Part shown: piece by piece, positions 38,443-48,400 of the stretch
Layout of the letters: every line of letters begins with the position of its first letter
Position numbering within the stretch: the first letter of the stretch is position 1
The notes under the pieces: model-generated
What the model was told of the DNA's origin: nothing
Seen by the model: the letters and a program-made list of their open reading frames with translations, nothing else
The model's database searches: none
Program-made: the position numbers and the translations under genes
Source: Casimicrobiaceae bacterium
GTDB lineage: Bacteria > Pseudomonadota > Gammaproteobacteria > Burkholderiales > Casimicrobiaceae
Length of the DNA stretch: 64,000 nucleotides
Direction of reading: 5' to 3'
Assembly: GCA_035308425.1 (NCBI GenBank)
Contig: DATGGP010000015.1
Span: forward strand, 23,521-87,520

Positions 38443-38599
38443 CCCCCCACGCTCGCTCCACTCGCTGCCCCGCACCAGGAGTCACATGTCAGTCAACAGT
38501 TGTCAGAAGCGCCGGCGCGACGCGGCTTTCGGTGGCGCGCCATCCAGGTGCGGCTTGGCGCCGTGACTGAAAACTGTCAACTGACAACTGACAACTGAC
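38443..38599. repeat. Composite intergenic element, copy 1: leader + inverted CTGACAA heptamer arrays around a 60-bp core
   Basis: Leader CCCCCCACGCTCGCT..CTCGCTGCCCCGCACCAGGAG. Left arm 38487-38506; right arm 38567-38599 (CTGAAAA CTGTCAA CTGACAA CTGACAA CTGAC). Arms pair at 17/20. Confidence 0.9.
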
Positions 38600-39346
38600 G
38601 TGCGCCAACTTCTCCTCGACACCGAAACCACCGGCCTCGACCCGAAGCAGGGCCATCGGATCATCGAGCTCGCGGCGGTCGAGGTCGTGAACCGGCGCAT
38701 CACGGGGCGCCATCTGCACTACCGGCTCGATCCCGATCGCGACATTGACGCCGCGGCTACCGACGTGCACGGATTGACGCGCGACGACCTTCGCGGCAAG
38801 CCGCGCTTCGCCGACATCGCCGCCGAGTTCATCGATTTCGCGCGCGGCGCCGAATGGATCATCCACAACGCGCCCTTCGACATCGCGTTCTTCGACATCG
38901 AGCTCGATCTCGCCGGACTGCCGCGCTCGCCGTCGATCTACACCGCGCTCGTCGACACGCTCGCGCTCGCGCGCGAAAGCTTCCCGGGAAAGCGCAACAA
39001 CCTGGACGCGCTGTGCGAGCGCTTCGGCGTATCGAACGCGCATCGGACGCTGCACGGCGCGCTGCTCGACGCGCAGCTTCTGGCCGAGGTCTACCTCGCG
39101 ATGACGCGGGGACAGGAGAGCCTCGTCATCGACATGTACACGCCGGCGCCCGCGACCGAGGGTGCGCTGTCAACCGATGATCGCGGGATCGCGCGCGAGC
39201 GCTACGTCGTCCATCGAATCGTTGTCGACGCCGACGAGGTCGCCGCGCATCGCGCTTACCTCGAAGCGCTCGCCCGCGAGTGCAAGGCTGGCTGCCTGTG
39301 GCTTGCGCTCGAAACGGATGATGCGGCCGAAGTTGCGGCAGCGTGA
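38600..39346 (+). CDS. dnaQ: DNA polymerase III epsilon subunit
   Basis: LLLDTETTG, IHNAPFD, RNNLDALC and HGALLDAQLLAEVY motifs. GTG start without SD. Confidence 0.95.
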   Translation: MRQLLLDTETTGLDPKQGHRIIELAAVEVVNRRITGRHLHYRLDPDRDIDAAATDVHGLTRDDLRGKPRFADIAAEFIDFARGAEWIIHNAPFDIAFFDIELDLAGLPRSPSIYTALVDTLALARESFPGKRNNLDALCERFGVSNAHRTLHGALLDAQLLAEVYLAMTRGQESLVIDMYTPAPATEGALSTDDRGIARERYVVHRIVVDADEVAAHRAYLEALARECKAGCLWLALETDDAAEVAAA

Positions 39347-39385
39347 ACGAGCCTTCGACCTGCATCCCATAGCGCGACGCGCGCG

Positions 39386-39835
39386 ATGGAGGTAATCCTG
39401 TGGCGGCACTGCGACGCCGCGCCCGGCGTGCCGGACGAGTCGCGCACGCTCACACCGCGGGGTCTTCGTCAAGCGGAAGCGATGGCGCGTCGGCTTCTTT
39501 CGCGATTGCCCGCCGATTGCCGCATCATCGCGTCGCCCGCGGTGCGCGCGCAGCAAACCGCGCAGACGCTCGGCCACGCGTTTGTGACCGATCAACGCCT
39601 CGCGTCCGGCGCCGAGCCGGAAGACGTGCTCGCCGCGATCGGCTGGCCCGACGCGGGCGGCACGGTGCTCGTCGTCGGCCACCAGCCGACGCTCGGACGT
39701 GTTGCATCGCTCGTGCTCGACGGCGAAGCCGACGATCGCACCATGCGAACCGGCGAAGCACTCTGGCTTTCGAGCGGTGAAGACGATGGTTCGCGCGCGA
39801 TGCTCGTTCGCAGCATGGCACCCGATGTGACTTAA
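39386..39835 (+). CDS. sixA: SixA-like phosphohistidine phosphatase
   Basis: LWRHCDA, SPAVRAQQTA and LVVGHQPTL motifs of the histidine phosphatase superfamily. Confidence 0.85.
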   Translation: MEVILWRHCDAAPGVPDESRTLTPRGLRQAEAMARRLLSRLPADCRIIASPAVRAQQTAQTLGHAFVTDQRLASGAEPEDVLAAIGWPDAGGTVLVVGHQPTLGRVASLVLDGEADDRTMRTGEALWLSSGEDDGSRAMLVRSMAPDVT

Positions 39836-39917
39836 GCGAGGGTTTCATCCGGATGCGGATGCGAGAAGCGCGCCTGCTACTCTCGATAGTTGCCGGCACG
39901 TTTCACGCCGCATCCAG

Positions 39918-41432
39918 ATGCCGACCGACTACCTCCAGAAAATCCTTACCGCGAAGGTCTACGACGTCGCGGTCGAAACACCGCTCGAGCTCGCGCCGGC
40001 GCTTTCGGCGCGCCTCGGAAATCGCCTGCTTCTGAAGCGCGAGGACGAGCAGCCGATCTTCTCGTTCAAGCTCCGCGGCGCGTACAACAAGATGGCGCAC
40101 ATGAGCGCTGCCGAGCGCGCGCGCGGCGTCATCGCGGCCTCCGCCGGCAATCACGCGCAAGGCGTCGCGCTCGCGGCGCAACGGCTCGGTTGCGCGGCGA
40201 CGATCGTCATGCCGATCACCACGCCACGAATCAAGGTCGCGGCCGTCGAGGCGCGCGGCGCAAACGTCGTTCTGCACGGCGATTCGTATTCGGAAGCGTA
40301 TGAAAGGGCGCAGGCGCTCGAAAAGGAGCTTGGCGCAACCTTCGTGCATCCGTACGACGACCCGGACGTCATCGCGGGACAGGGCACGATCGGGATGGAA
40401 ATCCTGCGCCAGTGGCAGGGTCCGCTCGACGCGATCTTCGTTGCGATCGGCGGCGGCGGCTTGATCAGCGGCATCGCCGCGTATGTGAAGCGCGTGCGGC
40501 CCGACGTTGCGATCATCGGCGTCCAGCCCGAGGACTCCGATGCGATGGTGCGCTCGATCGCGGCCGGCCGGCGCGTGACGCTGCCGCATGTCGGGCTCTT
40601 CGCCGACGGAGTCGCGGTCAAGCAGGTCGGACGCGAGACGTTTCGCCTCGCGCGTAAGTACGTCGACGAGATCGTCGTCGTCGACACCGACGCGACGTGT
40701 GCCGCGTTGAAGGACGTCTTCGAGGACACGCGCGCGATCCTCGAGCCAGCCGGCGCGCTCGCGATCGCCGGCGTCAAGGCCTGGGTTTCGAAGAAGCGTG
40801 CGAAGGGCGAGACCTATGTTGCCGTCGCGTGTGGCGCCAACATGAACTTCGACCGCCTGCGCTTCGTCGCCGAGCGGGCGGAGCTCGGAGAGCAGCGCGA
40901 GGCGATTCTCGCGGTGACGATACCCGAGCGGCCGGGGAGCTTTCGCGAGTTCTGCGCGCTGCTCGGCAAGCGGTCGATCACAGAGTTCAACTACCGTTAT
41001 GCGGATCCCTCGGTCGCGCACCTGTTCGTCGGCATCGAGGTCGCCGACCGGGGCGAAACCGATCACCTGCTGTCGGCGCTGCGACGTGCGCGGATCGAGG
41101 CTTACGACCTCTCCGACAACGAGATGGCGAAGCTTCACGTCCGCCACCTGGTCGGCGGCCATGCACCGGCGGCCGAGCACGAGATCCTCTATCGCTTCGA
41201 GTTCCCGGAGCGCCCGGGCGCCCTGATGCGCTTTCTCGACCGGATGAGCGCGCGCTGGAACATCAGCTTGTTCCACTATCGCAACCACGGCGACGACTAC
41301 GGCCGCGTGCTCGTCGGGATGCAGGTGCCCCCCGGCGACAGCGCCGCCTTCCGCGCCTTCCTCGACGGGCTGGGCTACGACTACGTCGAGGAAACGGCCA
41401 ATCCCGCGTACAGGATGTTTCTCGGCCGCTAG
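39918..41432 (+). CDS. ilvA: Threonine ammonia-lyase, biosynthetic
   Basis: LKREDEQPIFSFKLRGAYNK and SAGNHAQG motifs; two C-terminal regulatory domains (FPERPG). Confidence 0.96.
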   Translation: MPTDYLQKILTAKVYDVAVETPLELAPALSARLGNRLLLKREDEQPIFSFKLRGAYNKMAHMSAAERARGVIAASAGNHAQGVALAAQRLGCAATIVMPITTPRIKVAAVEARGANVVLHGDSYSEAYERAQALEKELGATFVHPYDDPDVIAGQGTIGMEILRQWQGPLDAIFVAIGGGGLISGIAAYVKRVRPDVAIIGVQPEDSDAMVRSIAAGRRVTLPHVGLFADGVAVKQVGRETFRLARKYVDEIVVVDTDATCAALKDVFEDTRAILEPAGALAIAGVKAWVSKKRAKGETYVAVACGANMNFDRLRFVAERAELGEQREAILAVTIPERPGSFREFCALLGKRSITEFNYRYADPSVAHLFVGIEVADRGETDHLLSALRRARIEAYDLSDNEMAKLHVRHLVGGHAPAAEHEILYRFEFPERPGALMRFLDRMSARWNISLFHYRNHGDDYGRVLVGMQVPPGDSAAFRAFLDGLGYDYVEETANPAYRMFLGR

Positions 41433-41560
41433 AGGGGCCCCTTCGCAAGCGCGGAGGCCGATTCAGGGCGCGTCATCTCATGCCGCGGAACGGCAACGGG
41501 GCGGGAAAAAAGCTGTGTTCTTTGTTGCGTTTTCGCCCGAATCGAAGCGCAACGCGGATT

Positions 41561-41577
41561 CCGGCAAGCTTTATGCT
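41561..41577 (+). promoter_or_regulatory. Possible sigma54 (-24/-12) promoter upstream of pilG
   Basis: CCGGCAAGCTTTATGCT has GG-N10-GC spacing resembling TGGCAC-N5-TTGCW. Confidence 0.3.
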
Positions 41578-41660
41578 CTAGGCAACCGGCCCGGGCCATG
41601 GCAGACTCGGGTTCGGTGCGGCGCCGCATGCCGCGTGATCGCATGCAAGTGACCTTGCCG

Positions 41661-42068
41661 ATGGGGAACGACATTCCAAGCGCGAGCCCGCTCGCAGGCA
41701 TCAAGGTGATGGTGATCGACGACTCGAACACCATCCGCCGAAGCGCCGAAATCTTCCTGCTTCAGGCCGGCTGCACCGTCATCCTGGCCGAGGATGGGTT
41801 CGACGCACTCGCCAAGATCGCCGACCACCAGCCGGACATGGTGTTCGTCGACATCATGATGCCAAGGCTCGATGGCTACCAGACGTGCGCGCTCATCAAG
41901 AAAAGCAGCCGCTTCCATGCGACGCCGGTCGTGATGCTTTCTTCGAAGGACGGACTCTTCGATAGGGCGCGCGGGCGGATGGTCGGCTCCGACCAGTACC
42001 TGACGAAGCCGTTCACCAAGGAAAGCCTGCTGAAGGCCGTGTCCGCGCACGTGCGCGCGGCGGCGTAA
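41661..42068 (+). CDS. pilG: Twitching-motility response regulator PilG
   Basis: KVMVIDDSNTIRRSAEIFL, DIMMPRLDGYQTC and YLTKPF motifs. Start could be 41643. Confidence 0.92.
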   Translation: MGNDIPSASPLAGIKVMVIDDSNTIRRSAEIFLLQAGCTVILAEDGFDALAKIADHQPDMVFVDIMMPRLDGYQTCALIKKSSRFHATPVVMLSSKDGLFDRARGRMVGSDQYLTKPFTKESLLKAVSAHVRAAA

Positions 42069-42160
42069 GGGCGCCGCGCATGACGGATCCCGGCCATACC
42101 ACCGCGCGGGCGATCGTCGCGGAAGCCCGTTCGAGCGAGCCCGGCCGGAAGGGAGCTACG

Positions 42161-42526
42161 ATGGGCATCAAGAGAATCCTGATCGTCGACGATTCAGCGA
42201 CCGAGCGCCACATGCTGAAGGACCTTCTGACGAAAGCCGGTTACGACGTCATCTCGAGCGAGAACGGCGAGGACGCGATCGTCAAGGCGCGCCAGGTCAA
42301 GCCCGACCTGATCCTGATGGATGTCGTCATGCCGGGCTTGAACGGCTTCCAGGCGACGCGCGCGATCAGCCGTGATCCCGAGACCAGATCGATCCCGGTC
42401 ATCATGTGCACGTCGAAGAGCCAGGAAACGGACAAGATCTGGGGCCTTCGCCAGGGCGCGAAGGACTACGTGGTGAAGCCGGTCGATCGCGAGGCACTGC
42501 TCGCGAAGATCGCCTCGCTCGGCTGA
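42161..42526 (+). CDS. pilH: Twitching-motility response regulator PilH
   Basis: [25 protein letters not shown] and SQETDKIWG motifs; GGGAG RBS. Confidence 0.92.
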   Translation: MGIKRILIVDDSATERHMLKDLLTKAGYDVISSENGEDAIVKARQVKPDLILMDVVMPGLNGFQATRAISRDPETRSIPVIMCTSKSQETDKIWGLRQGAKDYVVKPVDREALLAKIASLG

Positions 42527-42557
42527 AAGCCGGCGCAAACGCTCCCGCCACGACGCC

Positions 42558-43079
42558 ATGTCTCGCGCCGCCCGCCTCGATCTGCGCTCGTTCCAGCAGG
42601 AGCTGGCGACACGGCTCGCGAGCAAGACGGCGGCGCAGGTCGAATCGTCGCGGCTCGGCGTCGGCTGTGGCGGCGCACGCTACCTGATCCGCCTGGGCGA
42701 TGCGGGCGAGGTGATCGCCGTGCCGCCGGTCGTTCCGGTGCCGCTCACAAAGGCCTGGTTTCTCGGGCTCGCGAACATTCGCGGCAATCTGGTGAGCGTG
42801 ATCGACTTCGCGGCGTTCCAGGGCGAGGCGCCCCTTGCGCTCGGCGGTCTCGCCCGCCTGATCGTGCTTTCGACGAGAAATGGCTTCGAGCGCGCCGGCA
42901 TCGTCGTCGAACGCGTGCTGGGCCTTCGCAATCTCGCGCAGTTCGAGCGCGACCAGCTTCCCGAACGCGCGCCCGCGTGGCAGATCGGCGCATGGCACGA
43001 CGCGGAGGGCTGCATCTGGCGGGAAATGGACCTCGGCACGCTTTCGCGCGACCCGGCGTTCCTGCAGGTCGGTACATGA
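42558..43079 (+). CDS. pilI: CheW-like coupling protein PilI
   Basis: [24 protein letters not shown] motif; position in pil-chp operon. Confidence 0.9.
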   Translation: MSRAARLDLRSFQQELATRLASKTAAQVESSRLGVGCGGARYLIRLGDAGEVIAVPPVVPVPLTKAWFLGLANIRGNLVSVIDFAAFQGEAPLALGGLARLIVLSTRNGFERAGIVVERVLGLRNLAQFERDQLPERAPAWQIGAWHDAEGCIWREMDLGTLSRDPAFLQVGT

Positions 43080-43215
43080 GCGCGACGGGCCGTCCAGTGA
43101 GCGCGACGAGCCGCTTGCGAGTGCGAATTGGCCCCGAAGCGCGCAGCGCGGAGGGACGTCCAAGGGGGCAATCGCTGCACAGACACCGGGACTCCAGGTC
43201 CGGGGAGGCACCGTG

Positions 43216-45417
43216 ATGGCACTCAAAATGGCGAAGCTGTTCGGCGGCGAAGGGCGCGCGGCGGAGAACATGGACTTCGACGTGCCGACGACGCAGGTGC
43301 GCATGGGCATCCGTTCTCCGGAAGGATTCGATCCGCTGACGGCGATGTCGAGCACGGACACGATGCGCACGGCGAGCAACACGCCGCCGCCGTCACGCCT
43401 TCCGCTGATCGGCAAGCTGCCGGTCGTCCGCCAGTTCCAGATCCTCGGCGTGCTGACGGTCGCGTTCGTCGCGATCGCCGTATTCCTGGTCTACCTCGAC
43501 AATCGCGCCGCCACGCAGCGGGCGTTGCATTCGTCGGCGGCCACGGAGATGCAGATGCTGTCGCAGCGGCTTGCGCGCGGCTCCGCACTCGCCGCGCAAG
43601 GGCAGGCCCTTGCGTTCGCCGCGATTCGCGAAAGCCGCGAGCGTTTCAAAGCCGACCTGCGCGCGCTCGCTTCCGGCGGCCCGTTTCGCGGTGCGACGCT
43701 CGATCCGACGCAGGACCCCGGCGCTGTCGTCACGCTCAATGCCATCAAGACGCGCTGGGAACGCGTCGATGCCGCCGCCTCGCGCCTAGTCGACAACGAG
43801 AAGAGCTTGACGTCGCTCGCGCGCGGCCTTTCCTCGATCAACAGCGGCAACAGCGCGCTGCTCGAGCTTTCGCAGCAGGCCGCGCAACAGATCGGACAGG
43901 GAGGCGGGGCGCTGCGCGAGGTCGATTACGCGAACCAGCTCGCGATCCTGTCGCAGCGCATCGCGAAGAACGCGAACACGCTCGCCTCCGCCGACGAGAT
44001 CGATCCCGAGGTCGCATTCCTCTTCGGCAAGGACGCCTCCGCGTTTCGCGATGTCGTCAACGGTCTTCTGAAGGGTAGCGATGCGTTGCGCCTGCCGCCG
44101 GTCAAATCGGACGACGCGCGCACGACGCTCGTCGAGCTCGCGAAGCGCTTCGGCGATTACGAGAGCGCCGTCAACGCGATCCTCGCCAACATGGCGAACC
44201 TCGTCGTCGCGAAACAGGCGGCACGCAGCATCAACAACGATTCGGACGTTCTGCTCAACGACTCGACGACGCTCGCCCAGCAATACGAGGCGGTCGACGC
44301 CGCGCATCCGCTGACGCTCGGGCTCGCGATCGGCTTCGGCGTGATCGCGCTCGCATGCCTCGCGTTGATCGCGAAAGTGTTCCTCGACGACGCGCGCATC
44401 CGCGCCGAGGACAGCGAACGCGAGAACAAGCGCAATCAAGAAGCGATTCTGCGGCTGCTGAACGAGATGGGCAACCTCGCGGACGGCGACCTGACGGTGC
44501 AGGCGTCGGTCACCGAGGACGTGACCGGGGCGATCGCCGATTCGATCAACTTCACGATCGAGGAATTGCGCACGCTCGTGCGCGGAATCAACTCGGCGAC
44601 CGAGCAGGTGACGAAGGCCACGCAGGAGACGCAGGCGATCTCCAATCGTCTGTTCGAGGCGTCGCAACGCCAGAACCGCGAGATTCAGCAGGCGTCGGCG
44701 TCGGTTCTGACGATGGCCGAATCGATCAGCGAAGTGGCGAGCAATGCCGCGCAGTCGGCGAAGGTCGCGCAGACGCAGCTCGCGGCTGCCGAGAAGGGCG
44801 GCAGCGCCGTGCAGAACCAGATCGCGGGCATGAACGACATCCGCTCGCAAATCCAGGAGACGTCGAAGCGGATCAAGCGCCTCGGCGAATCGTCGCTCGA
44901 GATCGGCGAGATCGTCGAGTTGATCGCGGACATCACCGAGCAGACGAACGTGCTCGCGCTCAACGCCGCGATTCAGGCGGCCTCCGCGGGCGAAGCGGGG
45001 CGCGGTTTCACGGTCGTCGCCGAGGAAGTGCAGCGGCTTGCCGAGCGCTCCGGCGAAGCGACCAAGCAGATCGAAGCGATCGTCAAGACGATTCAGGCCG
45101 ATACGCAGGATGCTGTCGCGGCGATGGAAAAGTCGACCGTCGGCGTCGTGGAAGGCGCGAAGCTTTCCGATGCCGCGGGCGGGGCGCTCGCGGAAATCCA
45201 GCGCGTGTCGCGCGAGCTCGCGGCGCTGATCGGGCGTATCTCCGCGCAGACGCAGCGCCAGTCGTCGTCGGTGACCGATGTGACGCGCGGCATGCAGGGC
45301 ATCCTGCGCATCTCCGAAGAGACGACGGACGGCACGAAGCAGACGAACGTGTCGATCGGCCAGTTGACGAAGCTCGCTGCCGAGTTGCGTAGCTCGGTCG
45401 CGGGATTCAAGGTTTGA
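43216..45417 (+). CDS. pilJ: Methyl-accepting chemotaxis protein PilJ
   Basis: Two TMs flanking PilJ periplasmic domains, HAMP, and signalling tip [33 protein letters not shown]. Confidence 0.93.
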   Translation: MALKMAKLFGGEGRAAENMDFDVPTTQVRMGIRSPEGFDPLTAMSSTDTMRTASNTPPPSRLPLIGKLPVVRQFQILGVLTVAFVAIAVFLVYLDNRAATQRALHSSAATEMQMLSQRLARGSALAAQGQALAFAAIRESRERFKADLRALASGGPFRGATLDPTQDPGAVVTLNAIKTRWERVDAAASRLVDNEKSLTSLARGLSSINSGNSALLELSQQAAQQIGQGGGALREVDYANQLAILSQRIAKNANTLASADEIDPEVAFLFGKDASAFRDVVNGLLKGSDALRLPPVKSDDARTTLVELAKRFGDYESAVNAILANMANLVVAKQAARSINNDSDVLLNDSTTLAQQYEAVDAAHPLTLGLAIGFGVIALACLALIAKVFLDDARIRAEDSERENKRNQEAILRLLNEMGNLADGDLTVQASVTEDVTGAIADSINFTIEELRTLVRGINSATEQVTKATQETQAISNRLFEASQRQNREIQQASASVLTMAESISEVASNAAQSAKVAQTQLAAAEKGGSAVQNQIAGMNDIRSQIQETSKRIKRLGESSLEIGEIVELIADITEQTNVLALNAAIQAASAGEAGRGFTVVAEEVQRLAERSGEATKQIEAIVKTIQADTQDAVAAMEKSTVGVVEGAKLSDAAGGALAEIQRVSRELAALIGRISAQTQRQSSSVTDVTRGMQGILRISEETTDGTKQTNVSIGQLTKLAAELRSSVAGFKV

Positions 45418-48400
45418 AAAGCCTCGCGATGGAGAGCGCGCGCGTGCTGACGGAAACCGCACCGGAGTTCGACCTCGGTCCGCTCACCTGGGTGCAGGGC
45501 GAGATCGACGAGGCGTTGTCGCGCGGAAGCGATGCGCTCGCGTCGTTGCGAGCCGCGCCCGGCGACACGAACGCGCTCAATCACGCGCGCTCGCATATCC
45601 ATCAGGCGGCGGGCGCGATCCAGATGGTGAGCCTCGATGGCGTCGTCGCGTTCACCGACGAGATCGAGCGGCACGTGAGCCGCATGCAGGAGCTTTCCGC
45701 CGATGCGATGCCGGCCGCCGTCGACGTCGTCGTGCGCGCTGTCGATCGACTGCGCGTCTTTCTCGATGAGGTCGCGAACGGCGCGCCGCCGATACCGCTC
45801 GCCCTGGCGCCCGAGTACGAGGCCATGCGTCGCTCGCGCGGCTGCGAGACGACGTCGGCCGCCGATCTTTTCTATCCCGAGCTCAACGTCCGATCGCCGC
45901 GGCCGTCGCCTGCGGAGATCATGCCCGCCGCGCGGCTTTCGTCGCATCTTGTCAAGGAGCGGCGCCAATATCAGCGCGGATTGCTCGAATGGCTGCGCGG
46001 CGCGCCAAGCGGCGCGGCGATGATGCGCGAGGCGATCCTGTCGATCGAGGACGTGACGGCGCAGCCGGCGCTTCGCGCGTTCTGGTGGACCGCGGGCGCG
46101 CTCCTCGACGCGCTCGAGAAGAACGCGATCGAGCCCTCGTTCAACGTGAAGCAGCTCGTCGCGCGGATCGACATGCAGATCCGCCGCGTCACCGAAGGAA
46201 GCGCGAAAGTCGCCGATCGCCTGCGTCGCGAGGTGCTCTACCAGATCGCGATGGCGAAGCCCGCGACGCCTTCGATCGAAGCGGTGCAGCGCACGTATCG
46301 CCTGGCGGCGCTCGTGCCCTCGCCCGAGGCGCTCGATGCCGACATGGTGCGCATCAAGCCACTGCTGCGCGAAGGGCGCGATCAGATCGCGGGTGCGAAG
46401 GACGCATGGCTCAAGGCCGCATCGGGACGCGGCGAAGGCAACGCGAAGGTCGCGCAGCTTCTTGCCGCGGCGCATGCGAAGGCGCGGGACATCAACCATC
46501 CGGCGCTCGTGAAACTGACGGGCGGTCTCGTCGAGCGCTTCTCGACGTTGCCGGCGAGCGACGCGTCGGAACCGCTCGCGATGGAATTCGCGACGGCGCT
46601 CCTGCTCGCCGAAAGCGCGTTCGAGAACTTCGGCAATCTGTCGCGCGATTTCGACGCGCAGGTCGATGCGATGCTCGCGAGGCTTTCGTCGGCGAACGCG
46701 GGACAAGCCGCGGGCGCGCCGGTGCTCGACGAGATGTCGCGCCGCGCGCAGGAACGCGTGCTGTTGTCGCAGGTGTTGCGCGAGGTGCAGGTGAACCTGC
46801 GTCACATGGAGCAGGTGCTCGACGCGTTCTTCCGCGATCACACGCGGCGCGCCGATCTCGCGGGCCTCGCCAAGGAGAGCCGGCAGATTCGCGGTGCGCT
46901 TCGGATGCTCGAGCTCGACCATGCCGATCGCCTGCTCGCGCTATGCGAAGCGCAAATCGAAAGTTACGCGGACCCGACAACGCCGGTCGACGAGGAAGGT
47001 CTCGAGCTTCTCGCCGAATCGCTGTCGGGTCTCGGTTTTTATATCGAAGCGGTGCTGCATCAGCGACCCGATCGCGAACGCATCATCGCGCCGCTGATCG
47101 CCAAGCGCGAAGGCGCCGCGCCGCCGCCGGTCCTGGTCGAAGCGTCGGTCGAGGAATCGGTCGCCGAATTGCGCGCCTCGCTGCCGAAGCTTCTGGCCGA
47201 CGTGCGCGACGCGCCGTCCGATCCGCTCGCACGCGGCGAGTTGCGCGAGAAGCTCGTCGCCCTTCGCGACGACGCCGATCTAATCGGTGACAGCGAGCTC
47301 GTCGCGCAAGTCAAGACGGCGATTCGCGAGATCGACGGCGGCGCCGGCGAATCCGCGCTCGCGGCGAGCGTCGATCTCATCGTCGAATCGGGCACGGCGC
47401 CGGCGCCGGCGATCTCCGAGGAAACGCAGCGGCTGCTCGCCACCGACGCGAGCGCCCTCGACGCGGAGCTTCTCGACATCTACCTGACCGAGGCGAACGA
47501 AGTGCTCGACACGGTCGATGCGCATCTCGCCGTGCTCCAGCATTCGCCGGGCGAACGTGACGCGCTCGTCACCGTTCGCCGCCAGTTTCATACGCTGAAG
47601 GGCAGCGGGCGCATGGTGGGCCTGACCGGGTTGGGCGACCTCGCATGGGGCGTCGAGCGCGCGCACAACCGCGTTCTCGAGGAGGATCGCCGCGTCACGC
47701 CGAACATGCTCGCGTTGATCGGCGTCGCCGCGACGTCGTTTCGCAAGTGGGTCGGAGAGTTGCGCGAGAACGGTCGTTTCGCGACCGACGCGGCGCCGCT
47801 GCTTGCCGCGATTCGTGCGGTCGAGACGGAATGGCCGGGCTCGAGCGCCGCTGATTCGCACACGATCGCGACACAGGACGTTGCCATCGCGCACGAGCGC
47901 GGATCGAAGGATGTCGCGGCCGCGCCGGTGGCCGAGTCGCATGACGCGAGCGAAATTTCCGAAGAGGCCGCGAACGCGCCGGACCTCGAGCTCGTCACGT
48001 TTCCCGAGCTCGGCGCGCCGCTCGCCGACGACGCCACGCCGACGGTCACCGTGCTCGAGCAATCGCTCGGCGAGACGATCGACGTGGGACTTCCGCTCGA
48101 TTCGCGCGATGCAGGCAAGCCGATGCTTCGGGTCGTCGCCGACAATACTTCGACGCACGCAGGCGATGCGCGCGCGCGTCCGCCTTCGGGGCACGCGCGC
48201 GACCTGACGCTTCTAAGCGACGCATCGCGCGCCGAACCTTCGACGACACCGGAGTCCGACGAGGTCGCGTTCGGCGACGTGCGCCTGTCGTCGTCGCTGT
48301 GGCGAATCCTGTGCGACGAAGCGGAGCAGCACATCGCGCTCCTGCAGCACGAGATCTCGGTGTTGCAGTTCGATCCCGAGCATTGGCCGATCGCGACGAT

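Noticed and set aside
38487-38599. Heptamer arrays as CRISPR repeats, terminators or IS ends
   Set aside because: No regular repeat-spacer structure, no U-tract, no transposase, and no clear target-site duplication seen.
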